Shown: in pieces, positions 27,382-36,563 of the stretch
How positions within the stretch are numbered: the stretch's first letter is position 1
Layout of the letters: each line of letters opens with the position of its first letter
Source: Patescibacteria group bacterium
Lineage (GTDB): Bacteria > Patescibacteriota > JACPGU01
DNA: 64,000 nt
Reading direction: 5' to 3'
Assembly: GCA_041675145.1 (NCBI GenBank)
Contig: JBAYUK010000001.1
Span: forward strand, 220,057 to 284,056
The notes under the pieces: model-generated
The model's database searches: none
What the model saw: the letters and a program-made list of their open reading frames with translations, nothing else
Told to the model about the DNA's origin: nothing
Position numbers and translations under genes: made by a program

Positions 27382-28074
27382 CTATACCTCCTTTACTTGC
27401 TTTCCTCTCCACTTCGCAATTTCAGCATGGTTACCAGACTTGAGTACCGGTGGAATTCTTTTTTTTGTTACCTTACCGGCAATCTTTGCTTCAAAGATTT
27501 CTGGCCTGGTGTACTGCGGGTACTCTCCAAACTTCCCTTCCTTCTCCTGTATGGTAAAAGTCTCATCTTTTAAAGAATCGGCCTTTATCGCACCAGGCAC
27601 GAGGCGCACTACCGAGTCGATGATAGCAAGAGCTGGGATCTCTCCTCCCGTTAGAATAAAGTCCCCTAAACTTATCTGTTCATCCACTAGACTCACAATC
27701 CTTTCATCATACCCTTCGTAGTGCGGGCATAAAATTACCAGGTGTTTCTTTTTTGATAACCGTTGCGCCATCTTCTGATCTATTCGTTTGCCCTTAGGGG
27801 TTGGGAGTATCACCCAGGAATCACGAGACTTTTTTGGCTTATCTATCTGTGCCAGCTCCTTTAAGGCCTGGTACGCCACATCTACTTTAACTACCATCCC
27901 CGCCCCTCCACCGTACGGGCGATCATCCACGGTTTTATGCGGGTCAGCGGTCCAGTCGCGTAAGTAATGTATGGCGATATCCACCACACCCTTTGCCTGA
28001 GCACGCTTAATAATGGATTCTGTGAGAATCCCTTCAAACATCTTGGGAAATAAAGTAACAACATCGATTTTCAT
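27382..28074 (-). CDS. trmD: tRNA (guanine37-N1)-methyltransferase
   Basis: MKIDVVTLFPKMFEGIL... full TrmD. Confidence 0.9.
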   Translation of the reverse strand: MKIDVVTLFPKMFEGILTESIIKRAQAKGVVDIAIHYLRDWTADPHKTVDDRPYGGGAGMVVKVDVAYQALKELAQIDKPKKSRDSWVILPTPKGKRIDQKMAQRLSKKKHLVILCPHYEGYDERIVSLVDEQISLGDFILTGGEIPALAIIDSVVRLVPGAIKADSLKDETFTIQEKEGKFGEYPQYTRPEIFEAKIAGKVTKKRIPPVLKSGNHAEIAKWRGKQVKEV

Positions 28075-28141
28075 AGGATATGATTTAAAAAAGCCACGCT
28101 CAAAAACAGAGTGTGGCTTTTTCTCGTATTCAAAATTTCAA

Positions 28142-28441
28142 TTACATCATGCTATCAGATGAACCCATTTCAGGAGACCGCATTCCGCGAGTCGAGCCTT
28201 CAGGTTCAATGATTTTGAGGTTCAGACGAGCATTGTTCTTTGCGCCAAACGCACGAAGAATCGTACGTAGTGCCTTGGCTGTGTTTCCCTGCTTCCCAAT
28301 AACCGTACCCATGTCGGTCTGGTCTATTGAAAGTTCAAGAAGCACTCCCATTTCGTCCACTTTACGATCAATCTTGACCGCTTCAGGACTACTGACGATC
28401 GCCTTTACCATCGTTTCGAGCAGTTCGATATCTGTAATCAT
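28142..28441 (-). CDS. KH-domain RNA-binding protein (UPF0109/YlqC-like)
   Basis: VIGKQGNTAKALRTIL GXXG motif. Sits between rpsP and trmD. Confidence 0.7.
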   Translation of the reverse strand: MITDIELLETMVKAIVSSPEAVKIDRKVDEMGVLLELSIDQTDMGTVIGKQGNTAKALRTILRAFGAKNNARLNLKIIEPEGSTRGMRSPEMGSSDSMM

Positions 28442-28533
28442 CGCTATTCCTATCGTCTTTACTGTATATTGATCGACCTTTCGTTCACTATACTATATTG
28501 AACTAGATTGTGAAGACCACTTTATCCACAATA

Positions 28534-29112
28534 TTAGACTGCCTCTTCTGCAGGAACTTCATCAGTTGGAGCAAGCGCTTCCTCTACCACCTCTGCCGCT
28601 TCGGCAGGAGCTTCGGTAACTTCTTCAGCAACTACTTCCTCTGTAGGTACTTCAGGAGTTTCGACAACTTCTGAAACAGGAGCTTCAGTTGACGCAACTT
28701 CTTCTACTGGTGCAGGATTTTTGGCTGCTTCTTCAGCTGCGGCCTTAGCCTCAGCTGCCGCAATCTTAGCATCCTCCGCAGCTTTTTTCGCTGCCTCGGC
28801 TTCTGCTACTTTTGCCGCTTCTTTTTCAGCATTACGATATACCTTGAGTGGTACTTCTTTTTGATAGTCCTTGTTCTTATCTACAAAACGACCCTTCAGG
28901 CGCAAAACAGTATCTGTAGGTTGCGCACCCTTCTTTATCCAGTCATTGTATTTATCTATATCAAGATTGAACTCCTTGCGAGAGATCATTGGATTATAGT
29001 TTCCGATAAAGTCAGTAACCCGACCGCGACCAGTGCGAGCGCTCTCAACCACTACAACACGCCAGGTAGGCTGATCTTTTTTTCCGAATCGAACAAGTTT
29101 AATACGAAGCAT
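28534..29112 (-). CDS. rpsP: 30S ribosomal protein S16 with a long Ala/Glu-rich C-terminal tail
   Basis: MLRIKLVRFGKKDQPTWRVVV... Confidence 0.85.
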   Translation of the reverse strand: MLRIKLVRFGKKDQPTWRVVVVESARTGRGRVTDFIGNYNPMISRKEFNLDIDKYNDWIKKGAQPTDTVLRLKGRFVDKNKDYQKEVPLKVYRNAEKEAAKVAEAEAAKKAAEDAKIAAAEAKAAAEEAAKNPAPVEEVASTEAPVSEVVETPEVPTEEVVAEEVTEAPAEAAEVVEEALAPTDEVPAEEAV

Positions 29113-29279
29113 AGCAAGTCTTTAGTTCTGTAATAATCCTACCTATTGTAATCGATCAGGAAGACAAAGTCAAGGAAGAAGAAAAAGGCTAATTCAAGAG
29201 TTTATCTTGCTAAATACATTCTTTTAGTGTATAGTATGCACATCTCCAGAAATCCAACCATTCTAGAAGGAGCAGATCA

Positions 29280-29801
29280 TTGACAAATTCACTCTATACC
29301 CCGACATGCCCCTACCGGTTCTCGGACCACATCAAAAACCCAAAGTTACGCAGTAAATCAGCCGATGCTCTGATGTTTACCAACTACAGAGCACTTAAGA
29401 ACTTTTTCTTATGGCTATCCAAGCAACACAGACCAAACCACGAGATGTACAACCATCTTGGCTGGCTGCTCCACCAAGGGGAAAACAGAAAAACAGTGAT
29501 GACTTGCCGGTTTTGTCAGGAGAACCCTGTTACCCAGTTTTCGGTTATTTTTTCAGCTGAAAACATACCGTCCCTTGGTCAGGGGTACACCTGCTGTGAT
29601 GGCGAACACTGCAAAACTCAGTTGTTCGAACTATCCTGCAGAAAAGATCTTTACTTCTACCCCTTTGCCTTTGATTCCATGACCGCCTTTCATACTGCAC
29701 TGGATGTCGAGAAGGTGGATCACCTCTTTCGCTGGGCCTTTGGTCTTACAGGAAAACTCACTGCCGAAAAAGCCTTTGCTTTCTTCCAGAAAGAACCGTA
29801 A
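29280..29801 (+). CDS. Hypothetical Cys-rich protein (TTG start, AAGGAG RBS)
   Basis: 173-aa ORF, 10 Cys including CRFCQENP and YTCCDGEHC. Confidence 0.5.
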   Translation: MTNSLYTPTCPYRFSDHIKNPKLRSKSADALMFTNYRALKNFFLWLSKQHRPNHEMYNHLGWLLHQGENRKTVMTCRFCQENPVTQFSVIFSAENIPSLGQGYTCCDGEHCKTQLFELSCRKDLYFYPFAFDSMTAFHTALDVEKVDHLFRWAFGLTGKLTAEKAFAFFQKEP

Positions 29802-29859
29802 ACCTCTCTTCGCCAAGAATATGCCCCAGATCTCCGTATGGAAATCTGGGGCTCTTGTT

Positions 29860-31881
29860 TTATAAAATAGAAAGCGGATCCACATCTATCGTCCAATCAG
29901 ATGGAACTTGTTTTAGCAGCTGGTCCCGAACTACATACCTCTGATCTGTAGTATCTTTTCGTATTTTCAGCACGATGGTTCTTAGATACTTGCCATATTT
30001 TTTTGCAACGAGTGGTTCAAATGGTCCAACAATAGTTACAGTATTTTCTGGATCCACTTTTTCTTTCAGTTCATCCAATTGTATTTTAAGGTCTTTTGCT
30101 TTTTTCTCAGCCACTTCAGGCTTGAGGTGTGCGTAGGACAATACCACCAAATCCATAAACGGTGGGTAACCAAAGAGTTCTCGCTTTTTCAGTTCCTGTG
30201 TGGCAAAGCCAGTGTAATCACCTTTACGAGCTAACTCAAAAATAAAGTGATCCGGCATTTCAGTTTGCACAACCAGCATCCCCTTCATTTCCCCACGACC
30301 AGTACGACCCGCCAACTGAACAAGGAGCTGGAAGACTCCCTCCTCGCTCCTATAGTCTGGTAGCAGCAGTGGACCATCAATGGAGATGACCGCAGCCAGA
30401 TCCACACTGGGAATATCCCAGCCGTGGACTACCATCTGCGTTCCTACAATAATATCTATTGCGCCTTTTTTAAAAGATTCGAAGATGTTTAAATAATCTT
30501 CTCCTTTTTCCATTGTGTCACGATCCATTCGCGCGATAATTGCCTGCGGGAATGACTGTTTTAATTCCATCTCCACGCGCTCTGTTCCTCGTCCACCAAA
30601 AAATATCTGCGCTCCTTGGCAGTGCTTACATTTATACAAGAGCTCATACTGGCGACTACAGTGGTGGCACCACATCTTGTTATTGGACATGTGATACACC
30701 AGTGGCACGGAACAATCTTCGCACTCTGAGACCGTACCACAGTCCTGACAGCGTATAATTGTCGAGGCACCACGACGATTAAGAAACACGATCGCCTGTC
30801 TCTTATGTGCCACAATGAAGCGCAACGACTCTTCCAAGTAACTGGAAAGATACGACTTGTTACCGTGTTGCCGTTCATCCCACATGTTTAAAATCTTTAC
30901 AGTGGGAAGTTGCTTGTTATCTACCCGCTCTGGTAGTGATAAATATTCCCATTCACTGGTTACAACTTTCTGGTAGCTGGTAACTAGCGGGGTGGCCGAC
31001 CCGAAGATAAGGGCTGCACCAGTACGCTTGGCCAGTTCTTGGGCAACAAAATGTAATTCGTAACGAGGAGTTTGATCTGACTTGAACGAAATCAAGTCGT
31101 GTTCCTCATCCACTATTATGATCTTAAGATTAGGTAGTGGAGCAAAAAGAGCTGAGCGCGAACCTACCACCACTTTCTTTTGTCCGTCTCTTATACCCTC
31201 CCAGATCTTAAGACGCTCCCCACTTGTCATCTGTGAGTGAACTACTGCGACACTTTCACGCCCAAATACTTGCTCAAAACGAGCAATGGACTGGGGTGTT
31301 AGGGATATCTCAGGCACAATAAAGATCCCTTGTCCGCCTGATTCTAAGACATGTGCCATAGCACGAAGATATATTTCAGTCTTACCAGACCCCGTGACAC
31401 CATGGAGCAGAAATGGAGTATATATTTTCTTATCTATAGCAGAAGTAATTTTTAATAGAGCAGGCTTTTGATAAGCGTTTAAAATAAGGTCGTTTATAAC
31501 GAACTTCTGACCGTGCGTTTCTTTTTTCGCCTTTACGCTTGAAAGCTTTCTTTTTCTTTTCCGTACATTGGGTGGCAACATATGGAATAAGGTAAGTGGC
31601 AGTGAGGTATAGAAATGCTGGGCAATAGTGCGGGCAACCTCAATATGCACAGGAGATAGTACTGGCTCCTCATCAATAATCTTTTTTATCTCACGAGTCG
31701 TAAAGCTGGGCTTCGTATTATGAATAGCGAGCACTATCCCGTTAATAGTACGAGGTCCTAATGGTATCTGCACGAGTTGCCCTATTATAACAATACCCCG
31801 TAGTTCCTCGGGGATGGCATAGGTAAAAAGCTCCAGATTACCTGAAGTCTTGGCATTAGGAGCGATATCTGCGTAGGTCAT
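29860..31881 (-). CDS. priA: Primosomal protein N' (PriA helicase)
   Basis: [12 protein letters not shown] Walker A, DEEH box, Cys4-Cys4 zinc region (CQDCG...CEDC...CHHC...CKHC). Confidence 0.85.
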   Translation of the reverse strand: MTYADIAPNAKTSGNLELFTYAIPEELRGIVIIGQLVQIPLGPRTINGIVLAIHNTKPSFTTREIKKIIDEEPVLSPVHIEVARTIAQHFYTSLPLTLFHMLPPNVRKRKRKLSSVKAKKETHGQKFVINDLILNAYQKPALLKITSAIDKKIYTPFLLHGVTGSGKTEIYLRAMAHVLESGGQGIFIVPEISLTPQSIARFEQVFGRESVAVVHSQMTSGERLKIWEGIRDGQKKVVVGSRSALFAPLPNLKIIIVDEEHDLISFKSDQTPRYELHFVAQELAKRTGAALIFGSATPLVTSYQKVVTSEWEYLSLPERVDNKQLPTVKILNMWDERQHGNKSYLSSYLEESLRFIVAHKRQAIVFLNRRGASTIIRCQDCGTVSECEDCSVPLVYHMSNNKMWCHHCSRQYELLYKCKHCQGAQIFFGGRGTERVEMELKQSFPQAIIARMDRDTMEKGEDYLNIFESFKKGAIDIIVGTQMVVHGWDIPSVDLAAVISIDGPLLLPDYRSEEGVFQLLVQLAGRTGRGEMKGMLVVQTEMPDHFIFELARKGDYTGFATQELKKRELFGYPPFMDLVVLSYAHLKPEVAEKKAKDLKIQLDELKEKVDPENTVTIVGPFEPLVAKKYGKYLRTIVLKIRKDTTDQRYVVRDQLLKQVPSDWTIDVDPLSIL

Positions 31882-31964
31882 GGATGTATTGTACACGACT
31901 CCTGAGCTTATATGAAAAAATCCCTCCAACCACAAGGGTCAGAGGGACAAAGTGTCTGAAGAAC

Positions 31965-32654
31965 TCAGGGCTTGAGTTTCTTCAGTTTCGGGACGAAGAA
32001 CCGACGCCGATTCCGCGCGGACAAGACATTGCTGAACTCAAGCTCGTAGACAGGCACAACGAGACGACCCCGGCCGCCGAAGGAAGCGTTAGCAACGAAG
32101 AAACCCTCTTCGATGTTATTGGCCTCGTCTTTTTCCCGTTTCATAAGGAAAAAGTTGCCGTACCCATCAGTTCTGAGCTTGTTCTTATGAAGGTGGCAGA
32201 ACTCCCGGATTTGGTGCGGGGTAAACACCAGAGCGTTTAAGTCAACACCAAAGCCACGAAAGATCTGGTCAAGGATGCCATCCTTGGAAAGCTCGTAGCA
32301 GATAACTTTGGTCTCGGGGGTTGGGACCTGTTTCTTTTCCAAGCCCCACCTGGCAAAATCTGCGTCGGTGCCTCCTGGGAAGACTTCTTTGGCTCCCGTG
32401 ATCGCCTTTGTGCCATCAGTGGCATCCAGGTTTAGGGTGACCAAATAAGTCAAGAATGAGTTGACCATTTTTGGCCTTCCCGCTCTCTCTTTTTTCTTCA
32501 CAGGGACATCTACAAAGGGATTTTCCCCTCGGTTGAAACGGTTGAGCCGTTCCAGCCACAGTTTTCCCTCTGGGCCCGTAAGGCGATCCAAAAGGGTGGA
32601 AAACGGTCCGCGTGCTTCGCGAAGCGTTAGGTCAAGCACATCATTTCCAGACAT
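31965..32654 (-). CDS. Hypothetical protein, GC-rich, C-terminus weakly resembles the DGR target C-terminus
   Basis: 229-aa ORF. ANASFGGRGRLVV...NVLSARNRRRF versus TASIDSGGSLVRIG...VGVSSSRKF. Confidence 0.5.
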   Translation of the reverse strand: MSGNDVLDLTLREARGPFSTLLDRLTGPEGKLWLERLNRFNRGENPFVDVPVKKKERAGRPKMVNSFLTYLVTLNLDATDGTKAITGAKEVFPGGTDADFARWGLEKKQVPTPETKVICYELSKDGILDQIFRGFGVDLNALVFTPHQIREFCHLHKNKLRTDGYGNFFLMKREKDEANNIEEGFFVANASFGGRGRLVVPVYELEFSNVLSARNRRRFFVPKLKKLKP

Positions 32655-33066
32655 GGTCGACTCCTTTTTACTGGGTTGGTTTGTATTAAGCGATTACCTC
32701 GCCCCAGCAGGGAGGAGAGAATAAAATATTATCTTCTTTCTGCTGGGGTGAAATGTATTTGTAAATGAACAAAGAGTACGTACCTATATTATACCAAATC
32801 CCAGTCTTGAAACTGCCGCGATGGTGAGGGCGGTAAGTATATAAACGACCCTATCTTTTGACTGACCATCGCACAAGCAGTTTGCAAACCAGGATTACGG
32901 TCTCTTTATACTAGCATATTTATGTACTTATGTCAAGTATATTGTGTTATTTTAGCCATTTTATAGATACTTTACAGTTATAGTATGTGTGTTAGGGCGA
33001 GACAACTCCCTACTCTTCTTCGGTATTATTTGGTATAGTAGGGACATTATTAGAACTGCAATTCCT

Positions 33067-33378
33067 ATGAGCAAGAAATTCAAGAAAGACAAGATCAAAA
33101 AGCAACTCTTAGCCGCCCAGATGCAAGCACACCAGCGTGCAGCATCTCAGAACCCGCATATCACAAGTACACACCCTACCCAGCAGGTAGCGCCCAAGAC
33201 CGGCGAAATAACTCACTCATCTTCTGATGAAACCCGTGTTCACCGTCGAGATACCTTTCTTTCAGTGGGGCTGATTATTGTTATCGTAATTCTTTTTTCA
33301 GTACTGTATGTAATGGACCAGAAACACAACGTCCTGCTCCCATTTGCTAATCGTCTCTTTACTTCACTCGTGCGCTAA
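33067..33378 (+). CDS. Hypothetical small protein with C-terminal TM helix
   Basis: MSKKFKKDKIKKQ... followed by a strong terminator. Confidence 0.45.
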   Translation: MSKKFKKDKIKKQLLAAQMQAHQRAASQNPHITSTHPTQQVAPKTGEITHSSSDETRVHRRDTFLSVGLIIVIVILFSVLYVMDQKHNVLLPFANRLFTSLVR

Positions 33379-33380
33379 TA

Positions 33381-33408
33381 AAAAAAGACCCAGAAGGGTC
33401 TTTTTTTA
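33381..33408 (+). terminator. Rho-independent terminator
   Basis: aagaccc-agaa-gggtctt-ttttttt. Confidence 0.6.
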
Positions 33409-33504
33409 TGCATGGCGTATATCATATCCCACTTGCAATGCACTATTACATAAAAACGCCGACCTTTTTAGGTCGGACGTTTTACGTGTTCGCGTGAGTT
33501 CTCC

Positions 33505-34071
33505 TCACGGTATGGGAAATTCGAAGTGGTGTAGTGAAGCGTTAGGGATCTTCGCTAGACCTTGCTGGTCGGTATAGAAATGCAACGCCATCCTCACAAT
33601 TCCACCGTGGGTCACCACTAAGATTCGCGAACCAGGCTCCTTGTGGTGGTCACGAATTTCTGTGATCACTCGGCTGAACCGCTCGGAAACCTGCAGTGCT
33701 GATTCCCCGCCATGTGGCGTGTAGTCGTATCCTTGGAAGCGATCCAGTGTGGCTAGGTCTGGGTTCTGGGTCTTTTCAGTCGCTTCTTCCCAGGTAAGCC
33801 CTGCCAGATCACCAAAGTTTCGCTCCCATAGGTCACCTGTGAAAATCACAGGAAGCTGTAAATCCTGGTTGAGAATCTCGGTGGTTTGCTGGCACCGCAG
33901 TGCGGTTGAGGAGTAGATGGCAACAATGCCATCTGGCAACTGAGAACGAGCTTCTTCAACTTGCGCTCTGCCCTCAGCAGACAAGGGGACATCAGTCTGT
34001 CCTGTAATCACCCCGCTTTCATTGGTTGGTGTTCTTCCGTGCCGGATCAGCGTCAGCGTAATTGACGGCAT
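33505..34071 (-). CDS. Histidine phosphatase (phosphoglycerate mutase family)
   Basis: LIRHGRT catalytic-His motif. Confidence 0.75.
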   Translation of the reverse strand: MPSITLTLIRHGRTPTNESGVITGQTDVPLSAEGRAQVEEARSQLPDGIVAIYSSTALRCQQTTEILNQDLQLPVIFTGDLWERNFGDLAGLTWEEATEKTQNPDLATLDRFQGYDYTPHGGESALQVSERFSRVITEIRDHHKEPGSRILVVTHGGIVRMALHFYTDQQGLAKIPNASLHHFEFPIP

Positions 34072-34116
34072 ACTCTGCCTCCTAAAATGTATTTCTTGTC
34101 TTATTGTAGCAGTTTT

Positions 34117-35016
34117 TTACAATTTCACAAAATCAGAAGCACGCTTTATGCCTTGCTCTGGGCTTTGTACCCAGTAAATACTGGGGTCACGCTTAAACCA
34201 TGTTAGTTGGCGTTTAGCATATTGCCTGGTATGGAGCGTAATCTTTTGTTTAATTTCTTTTATCTCTTCAGGAGCTGGGTTGTGCCAGAGGTCACCGATC
34301 ACCTCCCGAAACTCACGGTACCCAATGCTCGTCATCGCTTCATGCTCCCAGCCATATTGAGAAACAAGATTAGCTACTTCCTTCACTAGTCCGGAGTCCA
34401 CCATCTGGTTAGTACGGTCGACTATCTTGCGCTCAATAACCGCCATATCTGCCTGAGGGGCAAGTTTTAGTACATCATACTGAGATTCCCCGAGCTTGGG
34501 CTGCTTAGTAAATGGCACTCCCGTTTCAAAGTACACTTTAAGAGCTCGAAGTACGCGTCGAGGGTTTTTGAGATCTACCTGAAACTGGGAGTCTGGATCT
34601 ACTTTCAAAAGGAGCTGCACCTGCTCATCCTCTGTCTCAGGTATCTCGTAGTATATTTCCTCTGTTTTTTTTGGTAACTGATAGTTGTATATCAGACCAT
34701 CTATCCAGAGGCCGGTTCCCCCCACGAGAACTGGTACCTTACCGCGGGCAACAATTTCTGAAATAACCTGCGCTGCATCGCTCTTGAACTGAAAGAGCGT
34801 GTAGCGCTCGTCTGGGTTTGCAATATCTACTAGATGGAGTGGGATATCTTCAGGAATTTCTTTATTCGTCCCGATATCCATACCTCTATATACCTGACGA
34901 CTGTCGGCGTTGACCATCTCTCCGTTAAGCGTGCGACATATCTCAGAAGCGAGCTGGGTTTTCCCGCTCGCTGTTGTTCCACAGACTACAATGAGTTTTG
35001 GTTTTAGACTTTTCAT
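34117..35016 (-). CDS. miaA: tRNA dimethylallyltransferase
   Basis: LIVVCGTTASGKTQLASEI P-loop, full-length MiaA. Confidence 0.85.
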   Translation of the reverse strand: MKSLKPKLIVVCGTTASGKTQLASEICRTLNGEMVNADSRQVYRGMDIGTNKEIPEDIPLHLVDIANPDERYTLFQFKSDAAQVISEIVARGKVPVLVGGTGLWIDGLIYNYQLPKKTEEIYYEIPETEDEQVQLLLKVDPDSQFQVDLKNPRRVLRALKVYFETGVPFTKQPKLGESQYDVLKLAPQADMAVIERKIVDRTNQMVDSGLVKEVANLVSQYGWEHEAMTSIGYREFREVIGDLWHNPAPEEIKEIKQKITLHTRQYAKRQLTWFKRDPSIYWVQSPEQGIKRASDFVKL

Positions 35017-35134
35017 CTTCTAAATAAGAAACTATAAAAATGTATGAATTTTGTACATGATAAAAAAGTACAAAGGTCGGTTCACCCGACCCTCGAGGAA
35101 CCCTGAAAGGGGTTCCGTTTTTTTATACTTACGC

Positions 35135-35485
35135 CTACAACTCCGCTCCCTTAAGCGTAAACACTCCAAGAAAGACGTAGGGCAGAAGGAACAGAAGAAA
35201 CGGAGTGAGAGCAAGAAGGGCTGTGATCGTCTCGTAGCGAGCAATATCCTTCTCGTCTATATCCTGGGCACTATGAATACCAAAAAATATAGATCCAGCA
35301 TACGCTCCAGCACAAATAAGAGCAAAAGTGAAAAGCACAGGCACAAAGAGGGGCTTATACAACATCGGTGTTATAAAGGCTGAGAAAATAGATGAGAAGA
35401 TTAGCCAGAGAGCACAAGCGAAGTTCAGTATAAACGAGAAGAGAGCTTTTCTTTTGATCTGCGCTATTTTTATTTCATTCTTCAT
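35135..35485 (-). CDS. Hypothetical membrane protein
   Basis: 3-4 TM helices. Confidence 0.5.
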   Translation of the reverse strand: MKNEIKIAQIKRKALFSFILNFACALWLIFSSIFSAFITPMLYKPLFVPVLFTFALICAGAYAGSIFFGIHSAQDIDEKDIARYETITALLALTPFLLFLLPYVFLGVFTLKGAEL

Positions 35486-35501
35486 AGTGGTGTGTTAGTT
35501 T

Positions 35502-35837
35502 TTATTCTTTTTCATCTACTCCAGTAAGAAACACTCTCATTTCAAAACCACCTCTTTTTTCTTTTTTATCAGTGCGTTTCTTCTCTATATCTTCCCATAC
35601 TATACCATAGTTAGTAGCAATTGCCTGAAGTACTTCAAGACAGTCGGCCAACTCCTCCCCGACCCCCCCCTGATCTTGTGCACCCTTTACTTCACCTGCT
35701 TCTTCTAGTAGCTTATCTTTGAGCATCTCACTATATTCTTCTACTGTAAGAATTCTTGTATGAGGCGTCTCTCCACCTGAGATAATCTTCTCAGGAATAC
35801 GGTCACGAACTAGTTTGTTGTATTCTTTGTATGGCAT
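35502..35837 (-). CDS. MazG-like nucleotide pyrophosphohydrolase
   Basis: KLVRDRIPE ... EELADCLEVL all-alpha NTP-PPase motifs. Confidence 0.7.
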   Translation of the reverse strand: MPYKEYNKLVRDRIPEKIISGGETPHTRILTVEEYSEMLKDKLLEEAGEVKGAQDQGGVGEELADCLEVLQAIATNYGIVWEDIEKKRTDKKEKRGGFEMRVFLTGVDEKE

Positions 35838-35974
35838 AAAATATTAGAGAGATAGATCTTTAAGATACTGAGCAAACTCTGTGCCAGTCTGCTCATGCTG
35901 CAGATCAGTTCATACTGTAATTTTACCATACTCTCTAAGTCTCATACTAAAAACTGCAAATTGCAGTAAAAAAA

Positions 35975-36003
35975 CTTGACTTTTTCACCATTTCCTGTAC
36001 ACT
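35975..36003 (+). promoter_or_regulatory. Promoter-like TTGACT-N16-TACACT on the plus strand
   Basis: Followed about 30 nt later by a terminator hairpin, enclosing a possible transcript of about 60 nt. Confidence 0.3.
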
Positions 36004-36032
36004 AGAAAGTACAAATGGCCTTTTGGCTCCGG

Positions 36033-36066
36033 AGACCCCACCCCTCAAAGGTGGGGATCGTCTGTT
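36033..36066 (+). terminator. Plus-strand terminator hairpin abutting the mazF stop
   Basis: ccccacccc-tcaaa-ggtgggg + atcgtctgtttt. Confidence 0.45.
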
Positions 36067-36453
36067 TTATAGACACACCTCCCTAGTTTTCAATTTAATA
36101 TCCTCAAATAAGTCCTCATTAATTTTTCTAATTTTTCTTGTGAGTCTCTTTGTACTTATTAATCGTAACTGTGAGAGTATTACGGCAAACTGCTTTCCGT
36201 CATGCTCAAAAATATAATGGAACTTATCTTCTTTCACCTTTGAAGTGAGTGGCACAACCATAACAACTGATCGGTTGAACTTTTTTAGTATCAAAACTGG
36301 TCTCTCGAATAGATCATTTTTCCCATCTTGCTCGTACCCAATATTAATACCAAGCGAACACCACCAAATCTCACGCTCGTGAACATAGGCAACAAACTCA
36401 CTAGTCTGTATATCCTTTTTTCTATTATTCCAAGTATCGAAATCTTTATGCAT
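36067..36453 (-). CDS. mazF: MazF/PemK-family endoribonuclease toxin (no cognate antitoxin ORF adjacent)
   Basis: RPVLILKKFNRSVVMVVPLTSK..., similar to EndoA/MazF. Confidence 0.7.
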   Translation of the reverse strand: MHKDFDTWNNRKKDIQTSEFVAYVHEREIWWCSLGINIGYEQDGKNDLFERPVLILKKFNRSVVMVVPLTSKVKEDKFHYIFEHDGKQFAVILSQLRLISTKRLTRKIRKINEDLFEDIKLKTREVCL

Positions 36454-36531
36454 TTTTGTTTTACTACATCACTAGTAAAGAAAACCCATAAGCATGTGAA
36501 TTGCCGCTCTGCCCTAGTCTTTTGTACATTC

Positions 36532-36556
36532 AACTGTCCGATTTTATCGGACAATT
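36532..36556. promoter_or_regulatory. Inverted repeat TGTCCGAT-N3-ATCGGACA upstream of mazF (operator candidate)
   Basis: 8-bp perfect arms, extendable with one mismatch. Confidence 0.4.
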
Positions 36557-36563
36557 GAACTTT

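Noticed and set aside
31965-32100. Second VR belonging to the same DGR
   Set aside because: The protein-level resemblance is weak and the nucleotide sequence does not align with the TR beyond about 5 nt. It is kept only as a low-interest paralogue note.
32655-33066. RNase P RNA, SRP RNA or tmRNA in the 410-bp noncoding region
   Set aside because: The short motif ggtgagggcggtaag superficially recalls RNase P P10/11. The universally conserved GGAAAGUCCGG, SRP domain IV and tmRNA tRNA-like ends are all absent.
35051-35383. 110-aa plus-strand ORF
   Set aside because: It overlaps the better-supported minus-strand membrane-protein gene (35135-35485). It is Lys/Arg-rich with a low-complexity translation and no RBS.
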